From the NCBI GenBank assembly GCA_012965075.1, contig DTSY01000153.1, positions 3,728 to 61,231 on the forward strand: a stretch of DNA of 57,504 nucleotides, read 5' to 3'. Positions 1 to 11,162 of the stretch are shown one piece after another; position 1 is the stretch's first letter; the number at the start of each line of letters is the position of its first letter. Position numbers and translations under genes: made by a program. The notes under the pieces are model-generated. The model was not told the DNA's origin and made no database searches. It saw only the letters and a program-made list of their open reading frames with translations. The DNA is from Gammaproteobacteria bacterium (GTDB lineage Bacteria; Pseudomonadota; Gammaproteobacteria; Magnimaribacterales; Magnimaribacteraceae).

Positions 1-208
1 GATTGTAACTAAGAATAAGGCTGAAACAGATTTGTCAGCTTTATCTTCTCAAACTCAGCAAGATGATAAGGAGAAACTGGGTGACAAGGAGGAAGTTACA
101 AAACCTCAATTGAAGTCAGAGGATGAAGAACCTAAAGAAATAAAAAACACTGAAGAAAAAGAAAACATAGGAAAACCTGAAGAAGAAGTTAAGGTTACTG
201 AGGAATAA
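1..208 (+). CDS. 3' end of a CDS entering from upstream; K/E-rich low-complexity C-terminal tail (possibly ribosomal protein S6, given its position upstream of rpsR)
   Basis: Frame 2 is open from the window edge to TAA at 206-208 (...[11 protein letters not shown]), 5 nt before rpsR. There is no start codon in the window, so it is absent from the ORF track. rpsF-(priB)-rpsR-rplI is the usual order. The tail alone does not prove identity. Confidence 0.35.
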   Translation, partial: IVTKNKAETDLSALSSQTQQDDKEKLGDKEEVTKPQLKSEDEEPKEIKNTEEKENIGKPEEEVKVTEE

Positions 209-213
209 GGGCT

Positions 214-480
214 ATGCCGAGAAAGCAAAAGAAGAATTTTAAAAAAAGACGTCCAGATCAAGAAAATCGAAGGAGATTTTGTAAGTTTACCTCTTTAGGT
301 ATTGAAGAGATTGATTATAAGGATATTAAGTTATTAAAAGAATTTATTACGGAAACCGGAAAAATTATGCCAGCAAGGGTAACAGGTACCTCTGCTAAAT
401 ATCAGAGACAACTTTCTACAGCTATAAAAAGAGCTAGGCACTTAGCTCTTCTACCTTATACAGACTCTCATTACAAATAA
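214..480 (+). CDS. rpsR: 30S ribosomal protein S18
   Basis: 88 aa. [61 protein letters not shown] follows the E. coli S18 pattern closely. It has about 13 extra basic residues at the N-terminus. rplI follows 2 nt later. Confidence 0.95.
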   Translation: MPRKQKKNFKKRRPDQENRRRFCKFTSLGIEEIDYKDIKLLKEFITETGKIMPARVTGTSAKYQRQLSTAIKRARHLALLPYTDSHYK

Positions 481-482
481 CT

Positions 483-932
483 ATGGAAGTTATTCTTTTA
501 GAAAAAATAACTAAATTAGGGGATCCAGGAGATTTAGTTAATGTCAAATCCGGCTACGCCAGGAATTTCCTAATTCCTTTCAGTAAAGCAATCAAAGCAA
601 ATGAAGAAAACAAGGCCGAATATGAGCAAAGAAAATCATCTTTAGAAAAAGCTGAATTAGAAAGAAAATCGTTAGCATTAGACTTAGTTAACAAATTAGC
701 ATCTTTAGATATTTCTTTTGCTGTTCCGGTTTCAGAAGAGGGCACTTTATACGGCTCTATTGGAACTAGAGAGATTGCAGATGCTTTAAGTGAACAAGGT
801 ATAGAGATTGAGAAAGGAATAATCAGGTTACCAGAAGGAACTCTAAAAAAACTTGGAGAATTTAAATTAGATGTGGAACTTCATCCAGAAGTTATTCAAG
901 AAATTTCCATAACTATTAAAGCCGAAGAATAG
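483..932 (+). CDS. rplI: 50S ribosomal protein L9
   Basis: 149 aa. The N-terminus MEVILLEKITKLGDPGDLVNVKSGYARNFLIP is the canonical L9 N-domain. It follows the rpsR-rplI-dnaB order. Confidence 0.93.
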   Translation: MEVILLEKITKLGDPGDLVNVKSGYARNFLIPFSKAIKANEENKAEYEQRKSSLEKAELERKSLALDLVNKLASLDISFAVPVSEEGTLYGSIGTREIADALSEQGIEIEKGIIRLPEGTLKKLGEFKLDVELHPEVIQEISITIKAEE

Positions 933-1009
933 TGTAAGTTTCTGTTGTTTTAAATCTAATCCAGTGGGAAAATTAGGGTCTAATAAAAAAGACTCAGAAT
1001 TATATTTAC

Positions 1010-2407
1010 ATGCCCCAAAACCTTTCCTCAAATGAACCGCTTCCCTTCTCTGTAGAAGCTGAAAGAGCTGTATTAGGAGGCATCATGCTGAAAAATGATG
1101 CTTGGGATCTAGTGGCAGGTGTTGTTCTAGAAGAAGACTTCTACAAAAAAGAACATAAATTAATTTTTAAAACTATCAAAAATCTACAGGATCTAGGTAA
1201 ACCTGTAGACCTTATAACAGTACAGGAAGCTCTTGAAGGAAATGGTGATCTACCTGGGCTGGTTAACTTAGGGGGTAAGGGTTATTTAACTCAGCTTGCC
1301 AAAGAGACACCTAGTGTAGCTAATATAGAAAGTTACGCTGAAATAATTAAGCAAAGATCTAATTTAAGAAGATTAATAACTACAGTAGACCAGATAGCCC
1401 AGAATGCAAGAGAGTCAGATTCTTCTGGTAGTGATCAAATTATTGACCATGCTGAAGAAAGCATCTTGAGCTTAAGGGATGATGCTAAAAGATCATCAGG
1501 TCCAAAGGGAATAAGGGAGCTATTGGGACCAGTTTATTCCAATATACAAGAAGCAAACGAGTCAGGAGATTCTCTTGTAGGAGTAAGTACTGGATTTACT
1601 GAAATAGATGAAATTACTCTAGGGTTTCAAAAATCTGATCTAATTATTATTGCTGGAAGACCGTCTATGGGGAAAACAGCCTTAGCATTTAACATAGCTG
1701 AGAATGTAGCAAGACAAACAGATCAAACAGTATTGATCTTTAGTATGGAAATGTCTGCAGAACAAGTAGTAAGAAGGTTTATTTCTAGCATAGCAAATAT
1801 AGATCTACAAAGACTAATGAGAGGGCAACTTCAGGATAATGATTGGGAAGGGATAGATAAAGCTTTGTCCATATTAAGCAGTAAAAAAATTCTTCTTGAT
1901 GATACTCCTGCACTGAGTCCCACAGAATTGAGATCTAGAGCTAGAAGGGTAAAGAGAGAAGACAAGGATTTGGCCATGATCATAGTAGATTATATTGGAC
2001 TAATGCAAGTACACGGTAGGAGCGATAATAGGGTACAAGAAATTAGTGAGATAAGCCGTTCTCTTAAAGCTCTAGCCAAGGAACTAGATGTCCCAATAGT
2101 TGCTATCTCACAGTTAAATAGGGCAGTTGAATCGAGACCTAATAAAAGACCTATATTGGCTGATTTAAGAGACTCTGGAGCTATAGAACAAGATGCGGAT
2201 GTGATTGCTTTCTTATATAGACATGAATACTACGATAGGAATGATTTAGAAAATAAAGGGAAAGCTGAGATTAATATAGCTAAACAAAGGAACGGGCCTA
2301 CTAGAACCACTTCTCTTGCCTTTAGGGACTCAGTAGCTAAATTTGAGAATCTAGCTAGGGAAGAAAGATATCCTCCTCAGTACTATGAAGACAGTGAAGA
2401 TAACTGA
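1010..2407 (+). CDS. dnaB: replicative DNA helicase DnaB
   Basis: 465 aa. It has the N-terminal PFSVEAERAVLGGIM motif, Walker A GRPSMGKTA, Walker B IIVDYIGLM, SQLNR, and RDSGAIEQDADV. No intein-like insertion is present. Confidence 0.95.
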   Translation: MPQNLSSNEPLPFSVEAERAVLGGIMLKNDAWDLVAGVVLEEDFYKKEHKLIFKTIKNLQDLGKPVDLITVQEALEGNGDLPGLVNLGGKGYLTQLAKETPSVANIESYAEIIKQRSNLRRLITTVDQIAQNARESDSSGSDQIIDHAEESILSLRDDAKRSSGPKGIRELLGPVYSNIQEANESGDSLVGVSTGFTEIDEITLGFQKSDLIIIAGRPSMGKTALAFNIAENVARQTDQTVLIFSMEMSAEQVVRRFISSIANIDLQRLMRGQLQDNDWEGIDKALSILSSKKILLDDTPALSPTELRSRARRVKREDKDLAMIIVDYIGLMQVHGRSDNRVQEISEISRSLKALAKELDVPIVAISQLNRAVESRPNKRPILADLRDSGAIEQDADVIAFLYRHEYYDRNDLENKGKAEINIAKQRNGPTRTTSLAFRDSVAKFENLAREERYPPQYYEDSEDN

Positions 2408-2472
2408 TCTATAAATAATTTAATCCATACCTAATAATTATTTACGTTGTGACACAACCTACTTTTTGTTAA

Positions 2473-4170
<1,698 letters not shown>

Positions 4171-4171
4171 A

Positions 4172-5011
4172 GTGAAAACAGTAAAAGTAGGCGAAATTTC
4201 TTTAAGTAACAAGTCAAATCTTGTCCTTATATCTGGTCTTAATGTTCTAGAGGATAAATTTATAGTTGAAGAAGTGGTAGGAGAATTGAAAAAAGTGTCT
4301 GATGAGCTGGACATCCCTTTTATTTTTAAAGCCTCTTATGATAAAGCTAACAGGTCTTCAATTGAATCTTTTAGAGGACCAGGAATTGAAAATGGTCTAG
4401 AGGTGTTAAGAAAGATTAAATCAGATTACAAAGTGCCTGTAATGTCTGATGTCCACTCTCCGGGAGAAGTTAAAAAGGCTAAAGAAATATTGGATGTCAT
4501 ACAGATCCCTGCATTTCTATGTCGACAAACAGATTTAATTTCTAGTGCAGCTATAACTGGACTGCCCATTAATGTTAAAAAGGGTCAGTTTCTTTCACCA
4601 GCTGAGATGAAAAATATTATTACTAAATTCGAACATTTTAATAACAAGAATATCTTGTTATGTGAAAGAGGAACTACATTTGGCTATAACAACCTTGTGG
4701 TTGATATGCTGGGTTTGGCTGAGCTAAAGCGATATGACTACCCAGTAATTTTTGATGTGACCCATTCTCTACAGGAACCTGGGGGGGGAGGTGAAAGCAC
4801 TTCTGGAAGAAGATCGTTAGCCTTAGATCTGGCTAAATCTGCAATATCTATAGGTATTGCTGGTTTGTTCTTAGAAACACATCCTGATCCAGATAAAGCT
4901 AAATGTGATGGTCCTTGTGCTTTACCTTTAAAACATCTAAAAGAATTTTTGTACCAGATTAAGGCTATTGATAAGTTAGTAAAAACATTTTCTGAAATAG
5001 AGATAAGTTAA
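4172..5011 (+). CDS. kdsA: 3-deoxy-8-phosphooctulonate (KDO8P) synthase
   Basis: 279 aa with a GTG start 1 nt after the pyrG stop. Motifs are FKASYDKANRSS, PAFLCRQTDL, KKGQF and DVTHSLQ.PGG. It follows the pyrG-kdsA-eno order. Confidence 0.95.
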   Translation: MKTVKVGEISLSNKSNLVLISGLNVLEDKFIVEEVVGELKKVSDELDIPFIFKASYDKANRSSIESFRGPGIENGLEVLRKIKSDYKVPVMSDVHSPGEVKKAKEILDVIQIPAFLCRQTDLISSAAITGLPINVKKGQFLSPAEMKNIITKFEHFNNKNILLCERGTTFGYNNLVVDMLGLAELKRYDYPVIFDVTHSLQEPGGGGESTSGRRSLALDLAKSAISIGIAGLFLETHPDPDKAKCDGPCALPLKHLKEFLYQIKAIDKLVKTFSEIEIS

Positions 5012-5013
5012 AA

Positions 5014-6312
5014 GTGGCCAAATTAACTATCAAAGATATTTTAGCTTTTGAAGTATTAGATTCCCGAGGAAGTCCTACAATAGCTGCAGAAGTAATACTC
5101 TCAGATAACAACTCTTCAATGGCATATGTACCTTCTGGTGCCTCAACAGGTAAGCACGAAGCTTTAGAATTTAGAGACGGAGATAAGTCTAGATACCACG
5201 GAAGAGGAGTTTCGAAGGCAATCAATTTTATAAAAAATGAATTAAAAGAATCAATCATTGGTTTAGATCCTTTAGACCAGAAGGTTATAGATACTAATTT
5301 ATGTAAAGCCGATGGAACTCATAATAAGAGTGCTCTAGGAGCAAATTCAATTTTAGCTGTTTCTCTAGCTAATTTAAGGGCATCCGCTGTTTCTAGATCT
5401 ATGCCTCTTTATCAATATATACATTCTATAAATAAACAAGTTTCTAAATTGAATAAAGAACCTATTCTTCCTGCGCCTATGTTAAATATTTTGAATGGAG
5501 GAGTTCATGCTGATAATAAGATTGATTTTCAAGAATTCATGATTCAACCTTTAGGATTTAATACTTTTAAATCAGCCTTGCGTTGTGGCGTAGAAATTTT
5601 TTATGAACTTAAAAATTTACTTAAAAGTGAAAATTTAATTACTTCCGTAGGTGACGAAGGGGGTTTCGCACCTCAACTAGCAACAGCTGAGGAAGCAATA
5701 GAGCTTATTCTTAAGGCAATAAAAGCTTCTGGTTATGAAGCTGGCAAGGATGTTTTTGTATGTTTAGACCCTGCTTCTTCAGAGTTTTTCAACGAAAATA
5801 AATATATTCTACAAGGAGCAGATAAGCATCTTAGTCCTGGAGAGATGATTAGTTATCTCAAAACTTTAACCTCAAAATACCCCATTAATTCAATTGAAGA
5901 TGGCTTAGATGAAGATGATTGGGAAGGGTGGAAGTCCTTAACAGAAACCTTGGGTTCAGAAGTGCAATTAGTTGGTGATGACCTCTTTGCTACAAATCCT
6001 GAAAGGATAAAAAGGGGAATAGAAGAAAGTGTAGCAAACTCAGTACTTATTAAAATGAATCAAATAGGAACGATTTCTGAGACTTTGGAAGCAGTAGCTT
6101 TATCTCAAGAAAATGGTTACAAAACTATTATCTCGCATCGCTCAGGTGAAACTGAAGATACTTCTATAGCTGATCTTGCTATCGGTTTGGCTGCTGGACA
6201 AATTAAAACGGGAGCTCCTTCTAGGACTGATAGAGTCTCAAAATATAATCGCTTAATAATTTTGGAAGAGAAATTTAAAATTCCTTTTGTTGGGAAAAAT
6301 GAAGCTTTATAA
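5014..6312 (+). CDS. eno: enolase
   Basis: 432 aa with a GTG start. Motifs are SGASTGKHEALEFRDGD, GDDLFATNP and ISHRSGETEDTSIADLA. Confidence 0.97.
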   Translation: MAKLTIKDILAFEVLDSRGSPTIAAEVILSDNNSSMAYVPSGASTGKHEALEFRDGDKSRYHGRGVSKAINFIKNELKESIIGLDPLDQKVIDTNLCKADGTHNKSALGANSILAVSLANLRASAVSRSMPLYQYIHSINKQVSKLNKEPILPAPMLNILNGGVHADNKIDFQEFMIQPLGFNTFKSALRCGVEIFYELKNLLKSENLITSVGDEGGFAPQLATAEEAIELILKAIKASGYEAGKDVFVCLDPASSEFFNENKYILQGADKHLSPGEMISYLKTLTSKYPINSIEDGLDEDDWEGWKSLTETLGSEVQLVGDDLFATNPERIKRGIEESVANSVLIKMNQIGTISETLEAVALSQENGYKTIISHRSGETEDTSIADLAIGLAAGQIKTGAPSRTDRVSKYNRLIILEEKFKIPFVGKNEAL

Positions 6313-6664
6313 ACTTAAAAAGTTTAATAAGGATGACTATATCTTCTTTCCTTCAGTAATACTTTTATTGGTCTTGCTGATAATGATACAAATTAATATT
6401 TGGTCTGGGGACTATGGGTATTCAAATCTGAAGGATTTAAAGGAAGAGTTTAAAGAAAAGGAACAATTAACTTTAGAACTGGAGAGAAGCAATCTTTTGT
6501 TGGAACAAGAAAAAGAACAATTAAGATCAGAAAGAAATGCCATTGAAGGGTTGGCTAGATATGAATTAGGTTTGATAAAACCAGGTGAGACTTTTTACAA
6601 ATTTCAATCTGAGCTGACTAAAGACAAAGAAATTGATCCTAAAATATCTAATCAAGATCAATGA
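6299..6664 (+). CDS. ftsB: cell division protein FtsB
   Basis: The ORF track opens at TTG 6287; I prefer ATG 6299 (MKLYKLKK...). It has one N-terminal TM segment, then a coiled coil ending ..AIEGLARYELGLIKPGE. The eno-ftsB-ispD order is conserved. It overlaps the eno 3' end. Confidence 0.8.
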   Translation: MKLYKLKKFNKDDYIFFPSVILLLVLLIMIQINIWSGDYGYSNLKDLKEEFKEKEQLTLELERSNLLLEQEKEQLRSERNAIEGLARYELGLIKPGETFYKFQSELTKDKEIDPKISNQDQ

Positions 6665-7365
6665 ATAACTTTGTTGCCATTATTCCAGCTGCCGGTAAGA
6701 GTAGTAGATACTCTGGAGAAGTACCAAAACAATTCCTGAAACTAGATGGAAGAACCGTGCTTGAGTTAAGTATTAAACCCCTTCTAGATTTTTCTGAATG
6801 CATTGGAATTTGCGTGCTAATTCCACCTGATGACCAATACCATAAAGCTCTAGATCTAATAGATAATCCTAAAATCTTTATAGCTGAAGGGGGACATAGC
6901 AGAATCAAATCTGTTGCTAACGGAATTAAATTCTGGGAACAGTCAGAAGCATCCTATGATTATTTTCTTATCCACGATGCAGTGAGGCCTTGCTTAAGGA
7001 GCTCTGATGTTCAACTAGCACTTAATTCAATAGACAATGAAGTAGATGGAGTTGTTTTAGGCATACCTTGTTCAGATACCATAAAGAAAGTATCAGTTAA
7101 GGAATCTTTTATATTAAATACTCTTGATAGAACTGAGCTATGGAGAGCTTTTACTCCTCAAATTTTTAAAAAAGAAGTCCTAGTAAAAAATGTTTCAGAA
7201 GAGAATCTAAATAAAGAATTTACTGATGAAGCTAGTTTAATAGAAGCTAATGGTGGAAAATTGAAAATGGTTCAGGGGTTTAAAGATAATATAAAACTAA
7301 CCTTTCCTGAAGATTTAAATTTGATCAAATCAATACTTTCTTCTCAAGGAAGAATGGAGAGTTAA
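6661..7365 (+). CDS. ispD: 2-C-methyl-D-erythritol 4-phosphate cytidylyltransferase
   Basis: 234 aa. The N-terminal VAIIPAAGKSSR motif and IHDAVRP are present. It overlaps ftsB by 4 nt. Confidence 0.92.
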   Translation: MNNFVAIIPAAGKSSRYSGEVPKQFLKLDGRTVLELSIKPLLDFSECIGICVLIPPDDQYHKALDLIDNPKIFIAEGGHSRIKSVANGIKFWEQSEASYDYFLIHDAVRPCLRSSDVQLALNSIDNEVDGVVLGIPCSDTIKKVSVKESFILNTLDRTELWRAFTPQIFKKEVLVKNVSEENLNKEFTDEASLIEANGGKLKMVQGFKDNIKLTFPEDLNLIKSILSSQGRMES

Positions 7366-7366
7366 T

Positions 7367-7846
7367 TTGAGAGTTGGAATTGGATATGATGCCCATAAAC
7401 TCATACCCGGAAAGGGGATGTATCTCGGTGGTGTTTTTATTGAATGTGAATATGCCTTAGAAGCATACTCCGATGGAGATGTTATTATCCATTCTGTTAT
7501 TGATTCTCTTTTAGGAGCAGCTGCATTAGGTGATATTGGTAGTCTGTTTTCATCAAAAGATCCAAAAAATAAAGACATATCAAGTAGAGTTCTTTTAACT
7601 CAAGTTATGGATCTTCTGGATGCAAATAAATATAAAGTTATCAATGTTGATATTACTTTAATAACAGAAACCCCAAAAATTAACCAAAAAGCAGATTTAA
7701 TAATTGATTTTCTTTCTAAGGACCTTAGAGTTGAAAAGGGGTGCGTTAGTTGTAAGGCTACTACAACAGATGGCTTGGGCTTTGAAGGAGAAAAAAGAGG
7801 AATTGCTTGCCAAACAGTCTCCCTGATTGAAAAAAGGATTAAATAG
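7367..7846 (+). CDS. ispF: 2-C-methyl-D-erythritol 2,4-cyclodiphosphate synthase
   Basis: 159 aa with a TTG start. Motifs are RVGIGYDAH.L, SDGDVIIHSVIDSLLGAAALGDIG and KATTTDGLGF. Confidence 0.93.
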   Translation: MRVGIGYDAHKLIPGKGMYLGGVFIECEYALEAYSDGDVIIHSVIDSLLGAAALGDIGSLFSSKDPKNKDISSRVLLTQVMDLLDANKYKVINVDITLITETPKINQKADLIIDFLSKDLRVEKGCVSCKATTTDGLGFEGEKRGIACQTVSLIEKRIK

Positions 7847-7852
7847 TTTTTT

Positions 7853-8626
7853 ATGAAAATAATGCTGTGTAATGATGACGGCATTCATGCTGAAGGCATA
7901 AATGTACTTCACGAGCAATTAATAAAGGAACATGAGGTTTTCGTTATAGCTCCGGAAAAAGAAATGAGCGGAGCTGGTTCATCTATTACAACCAAAAGGC
8001 CTCTATTCCCCATCAAAATAAAAGAAAATTTTATTGCTATCAACGGAACTCCAGTTGATTGTGTACATTTGGGTTTACATCAACTTTGTCCATTTGAACC
8101 AGATTTATTATTGAGCGGTATAAACTTTGGGGCAAATATGGCGGAAGATCTACTCTATTCAGGTACAGTTGGAGCAGCCATGGAGGGTAGGGAATTTTCT
8201 ATTCCATCAATTGCTATTTCTGCAGCAGCATTTATACAACCTGGTTCAGAAGGTAAATCCCAACCTAATTTTTTAACTGCTGCAAAGATAGGTGCAGATA
8301 TCATTGAGAAATTACACGAAATTAAAATAGATTCTAAAATAACGCTAAATGTTAATGTTCCTAATCTTAATTATGAAGAGATTAATAGACTAAAACTCAC
8401 TTACCCTGGTTCATGGGGAAAAAGAAACCCCCCACGTAAAGAAACTTTAAATTCAGGAAAAGATCAATTCTGGATAACTCACAGAAATAAAGTACCTGAG
8501 AATGAAGAAAACTCTGATATTGCAACCTTAACCAGAGGCGAAGTCTCTATTAGTCCAATTGGACCAAGATTTTTAGTAAACGATTACGATCAATTGCTAA
8601 AAGAATGGATAAACTCTTTTAACTAA
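7853..8626 (+). CDS. surE: 5'/3'-nucleotidase SurE
   Basis: 257 aa. It has the MKIMLCNDDGIHAEGI N-terminal DD motif, SGINFGAN and YSGTVGAAMEG. Confidence 0.93.
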   Translation: MKIMLCNDDGIHAEGINVLHEQLIKEHEVFVIAPEKEMSGAGSSITTKRPLFPIKIKENFIAINGTPVDCVHLGLHQLCPFEPDLLLSGINFGANMAEDLLYSGTVGAAMEGREFSIPSIAISAAAFIQPGSEGKSQPNFLTAAKIGADIIEKLHEIKIDSKITLNVNVPNLNYEEINRLKLTYPGSWGKRNPPRKETLNSGKDQFWITHRNKVPENEENSDIATLTRGEVSISPIGPRFLVNDYDQLLKEWINSFN

Positions 8627-8628
8627 GT

Positions 8629-9315
8629 ATGTTAGAAAAAAGAAAAACCCAGGGTCTTGGGATGACCTCTCTTAGAACTAGACAGAGACTGATAGAAAGA
8701 TTGACTGAAAAAGGTATTAAAGATGTAAGGGTCTTAGAGGCAATGAGGGACACACCTAGACATTTATTTTTAGATGAAGCTCTAGCTTCAAGAGCTTATG
8801 AAGACCTTGCATTGCCCATAGGATATCAACAAACAATTTCTCAACCATATATAGTTGCAAGAATGACTGAGATTCTGATAGAAGATAAAAAATTGGAAGC
8901 ACAACCCATAGAAAAAGCTTTAGAAGTCGGAACAGGTTGTGGCTATCAAGCTGCAATTCTTTCTCGTTTCTCTAAATCCGTGCATTCTTTGGAAAGGATT
9001 AAAGCATTGCACGATAAGGCAGCCATGAATTTAAAGAACCTAAAAATTAGGAATGTAAGGCTTCTATTTGACGATGGGTCAAACTTTAGAGATTCTTCAG
9101 AAAATTATGATGCCATATTATTTGCAGCTGCTCCTTTAGAAGTTCCTTCTTACTTTCTAGATAAGCTAAATGTTGGAGGAAGATTAGTTGCCCCTATAGG
9201 AGATGGAGAGGTTCAAGACCTATCACTAATAAAAAAATTAGGGAAAGATAAATACGAAACAGAAGTTGTAGAAAAAGTGCTCTTTGTTCCCTTTTTAGGC
9301 GGTATAGTTGAATAA
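8629..9315 (+). CDS. pcm: protein-L-isoaspartate O-methyltransferase
   Basis: 228 aa. It has TISQPYIVARMTE and the SAM-binding motif ALEVGTGCGYQAAIL. It follows the surE-pcm order. Confidence 0.92.
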   Translation: MLEKRKTQGLGMTSLRTRQRLIERLTEKGIKDVRVLEAMRDTPRHLFLDEALASRAYEDLALPIGYQQTISQPYIVARMTEILIEDKKLEAQPIEKALEVGTGCGYQAAILSRFSKSVHSLERIKALHDKAAMNLKNLKIRNVRLLFDDGSNFRDSSENYDAILFAAAPLEVPSYFLDKLNVGGRLVAPIGDGEVQDLSLIKKLGKDKYETEVVEKVLFVPFLGGIVE

Positions 9316-9334
9316 ATATTTTTTGGGACTTTTT

Positions 9335-10195
9335 ATGAAATCTAATCTATCCATTTTCTTTAAAGGCATGATTATGGGAGTTACTGAATTAATCCCAGGA
9401 GTTTCTGGCGGAACAATTGCTCTCATATTAGGTATTTACGAAAGATTAATAAGGGCTATTTCAAATATTAATTTTACTTTTTTGAAAGGTATATTAAGTG
9501 GAAGTTTTAAACAATCTTGGAGTCAATCTGATACCAATTTTCTTCTTTTCTTGGTTTTAGGGATGATTGTATCTGTATTATCCCTTTCCTCAGTCATTGT
9601 TTTCTTTTTTCATAATTTCCCTTTCTTTCTCAAAGCCTTCTTCTCTGGCATTCTCTTCACTTCTTTATTTTACAAACCCTTAAAGCCTGAGAAGCTTGAT
9701 AAAAAGTTTTTCTTAGGATTTTTATTAGCTTGTTTAGTAATAACTTTGGCATGGAGTTTCCCACCTAATGAATTTAGAGAAGTTAGTCTAATTTACATTT
9801 TTTTTGGAGGATTTGTTGCAGTATGTGCTTTTATACTCCCAGGTATTTCTGGAAGTTTTATATTGTTACTGTTAGGCATTTACGAGCTAGTTATTATTTC
9901 AATTAAAGATTTTAATTTAATTGTTCTTTCAAGTTTATTTGCAGGATGTTTAGTAGGTCTCTTACTTTTCATTAGGGTAGTTAAAAAAGCTTATGAAGAT
10001 TATCCCGACCACCTTTTAGGTTTCTTTTATTCCTTAGTCCTTTTAAGCATTCCTTTACTATGGAAATCTGATGAATGGAAGATTTCTCTACCCGACTACC
10101 AACTAGGTTATATTGAAGCCTTTTCAGGCTTAATTCTAGGAGTTTTCTTTATTTTTCTCTTGCAAAAATTATCTTCTACTTTTCGAGATATTTAA
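9335..10195 (+). CDS. DUF368-family polytopic membrane protein (family implicated in undecaprenyl-phosphate recycling)
   Basis: It contains duplicated [18 protein letters not shown] / [18 protein letters not shown] motifs typical of DUF368 and about 8 hydrophobic segments. The ORF track opens at TTG 9308; I prefer ATG 9335. Confidence 0.72.
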   Translation: MKSNLSIFFKGMIMGVTELIPGVSGGTIALILGIYERLIRAISNINFTFLKGILSGSFKQSWSQSDTNFLLFLVLGMIVSVLSLSSVIVFFFHNFPFFLKAFFSGILFTSLFYKPLKPEKLDKKFFLGFLLACLVITLAWSFPPNEFREVSLIYIFFGGFVAVCAFILPGISGSFILLLLGIYELVIISIKDFNLIVLSSLFAGCLVGLLLFIRVVKKAYEDYPDHLLGFFYSLVLLSIPLLWKSDEWKISLPDYQLGYIEAFSGLILGVFFIFLLQKLSSTFRDI

Positions 10196-10499
10196 TTTTA
10201 CTTTTTACTTCTCTCCATTCATCAGCGTCTTCAGGAGGGTCTTTTTGTTCAGTAATATTAGGCCATTCCATGCATAGCTCCGCATTTAATTCTATAAATG
10301 GAAGTTGATCTTCTGGAAGCTCATCTTCTGAGTAAATAGCATCTACAGGACATTCAGGTTCACATAAAGCACAGTCAATACATTCATCGGGATTGATTAC
10401 AAGCATGTTAGGTCCCTCATAAAAACAATCCACAGGACAGACTTCAACGCAGTCAGTGAGTTTGCATTTAATACAGGATTCTACAACTATAAAAGCCAT
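10176..10499 (-). CDS. fdxA: 7Fe ferredoxin (FdxA type)
   Basis: [56 protein letters not shown] matches Azotobacter/Pseudomonas-type FdxA (107 aa). The ORF-track start at 10535 adds 12 non-homologous residues. The 3' end overlaps the DUF368 gene by 20 nt, convergently. Confidence 0.85.
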   Translation of the reverse strand: MAFIVVESCIKCKLTDCVEVCPVDCFYEGPNMLVINPDECIDCALCEPECPVDAIYSEDELPEDQLPFIELNAELCMEWPNITEQKDPPEDADEWREVKSKIKYLEK

Positions 10500-10574
10500 A
10501 ACATTATGAAAGGTAGATTTTAGCAATATATGCAATTAACTACTATCTGGACAATAATTTGATTTCTGGTCTAA

Positions 10575-11099
10575 TTGCGCTTTACTCATTTAGAAGGACC
10601 TATTTTGAATCAAGAAAAGTTAGTATCAATCAGTTTTGAATTAGGCGAACTACTTAAGTCAAAAGGCTATTCCTTCACTTGTGCAGAGTCCTGTACTGGT
10701 GGTTGGGTAGGACATTCTCTAACTTCTGTTCCTGGAAGTTCAGAATGGTTTGGATCATCTTTTATTACATATTCCTATGAAGCTAAAACCCAAATTTTGG
10801 GTGTCTCTTCATCTGACTTAGACAATTTTGGTGCGGTAAGTGAAGAAATTGTAGGACAAATGGTCTCGGGTGCCTTAAGTAAATCAGGTGCGAATGTTGG
10901 AGTAGCTATAAGTGGAATTGCAGGACCTACAGGAGGCACCGAAACTAAACCTGTCGGAACAGTTTGTTTTGCTTGGAAAGTAAATGATCAAGAAATAGTA
11001 ACTTCTACAGAACATTTCTCAGGGGAAAGGAATGATGTCAGATATTTCTCCGTTGAAAGAGCTTTATTGGGTACAATTAAGTTATTAAAGAACACTTAA
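10575..11099 (+). CDS. pncC: CinA-family nicotinamide-nucleotide amidohydrolase (PncC domain only)
   Basis: It has SFTCAESCTGGWV and ISGIAGPTGG..TKPVGTV motifs and sits directly upstream of recA, as in many Gammaproteobacteria. The start is uncertain: either TTG 10575 or TTG 10605. Confidence 0.8.
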   Translation: MRFTHLEGPILNQEKLVSISFELGELLKSKGYSFTCAESCTGGWVGHSLTSVPGSSEWFGSSFITYSYEAKTQILGVSSSDLDNFGAVSEEIVGQMVSGALSKSGANVGVAISGIAGPTGGTETKPVGTVCFAWKVNDQEIVTSTEHFSGERNDVRYFSVERALLGTIKLLKNT

Positions 11100-11103
11100 A
11101 TAA

Positions 11104-11123
11104 TACTGTTTATTTATACAGTA
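11104..11123. promoter_or_regulatory. LexA (SOS) box in the recA promoter
   Basis: TACTGTTTATTTATACAGTA has both consensus arms TACTG / CAGTA intact as CTGT-N8-ACAG. A TATAAT -10 hexamer lies at 11129-11134, an AGGAGG RBS at 11152-11157, and the recA ATG at 11163. Confidence 0.78.
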
Positions 11124-11162
11124 TTATGTATAATTGCCCTGTAAACTCTTCAGGAGGTAGGC

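Noticed and set aside
2446-2458. GTTGTG-A-CACAAC inverted repeat followed by a short T-run downstream of dnaB, a possible terminator or operator
   Set aside because: The stem is only 5-6 bp, AT-rich, with a loop of 1-3 nt. The T-tract is interrupted (CTACTTTTTG). This is too weak to call an intrinsic terminator, and I recognise no matching operator.
4781-4788. G8 homopolymer in an AT-rich genome, inside kdsA
   Set aside because: It encodes the conserved PGGGG loop of KDO8P synthase (CCT GGG GGG GGA GGT), and the frame is intact. kdsA is normally an essential gene, so phase variation here is implausible.
10500-10535. 12-residue N-terminal extension of fdxA in the ORF track
   Set aside because: FdxA-type ferredoxins start M(A/T)F(V/I)V..CIKC. 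The internal Met at 10499 reproduces this and the expected length of 107 aa.
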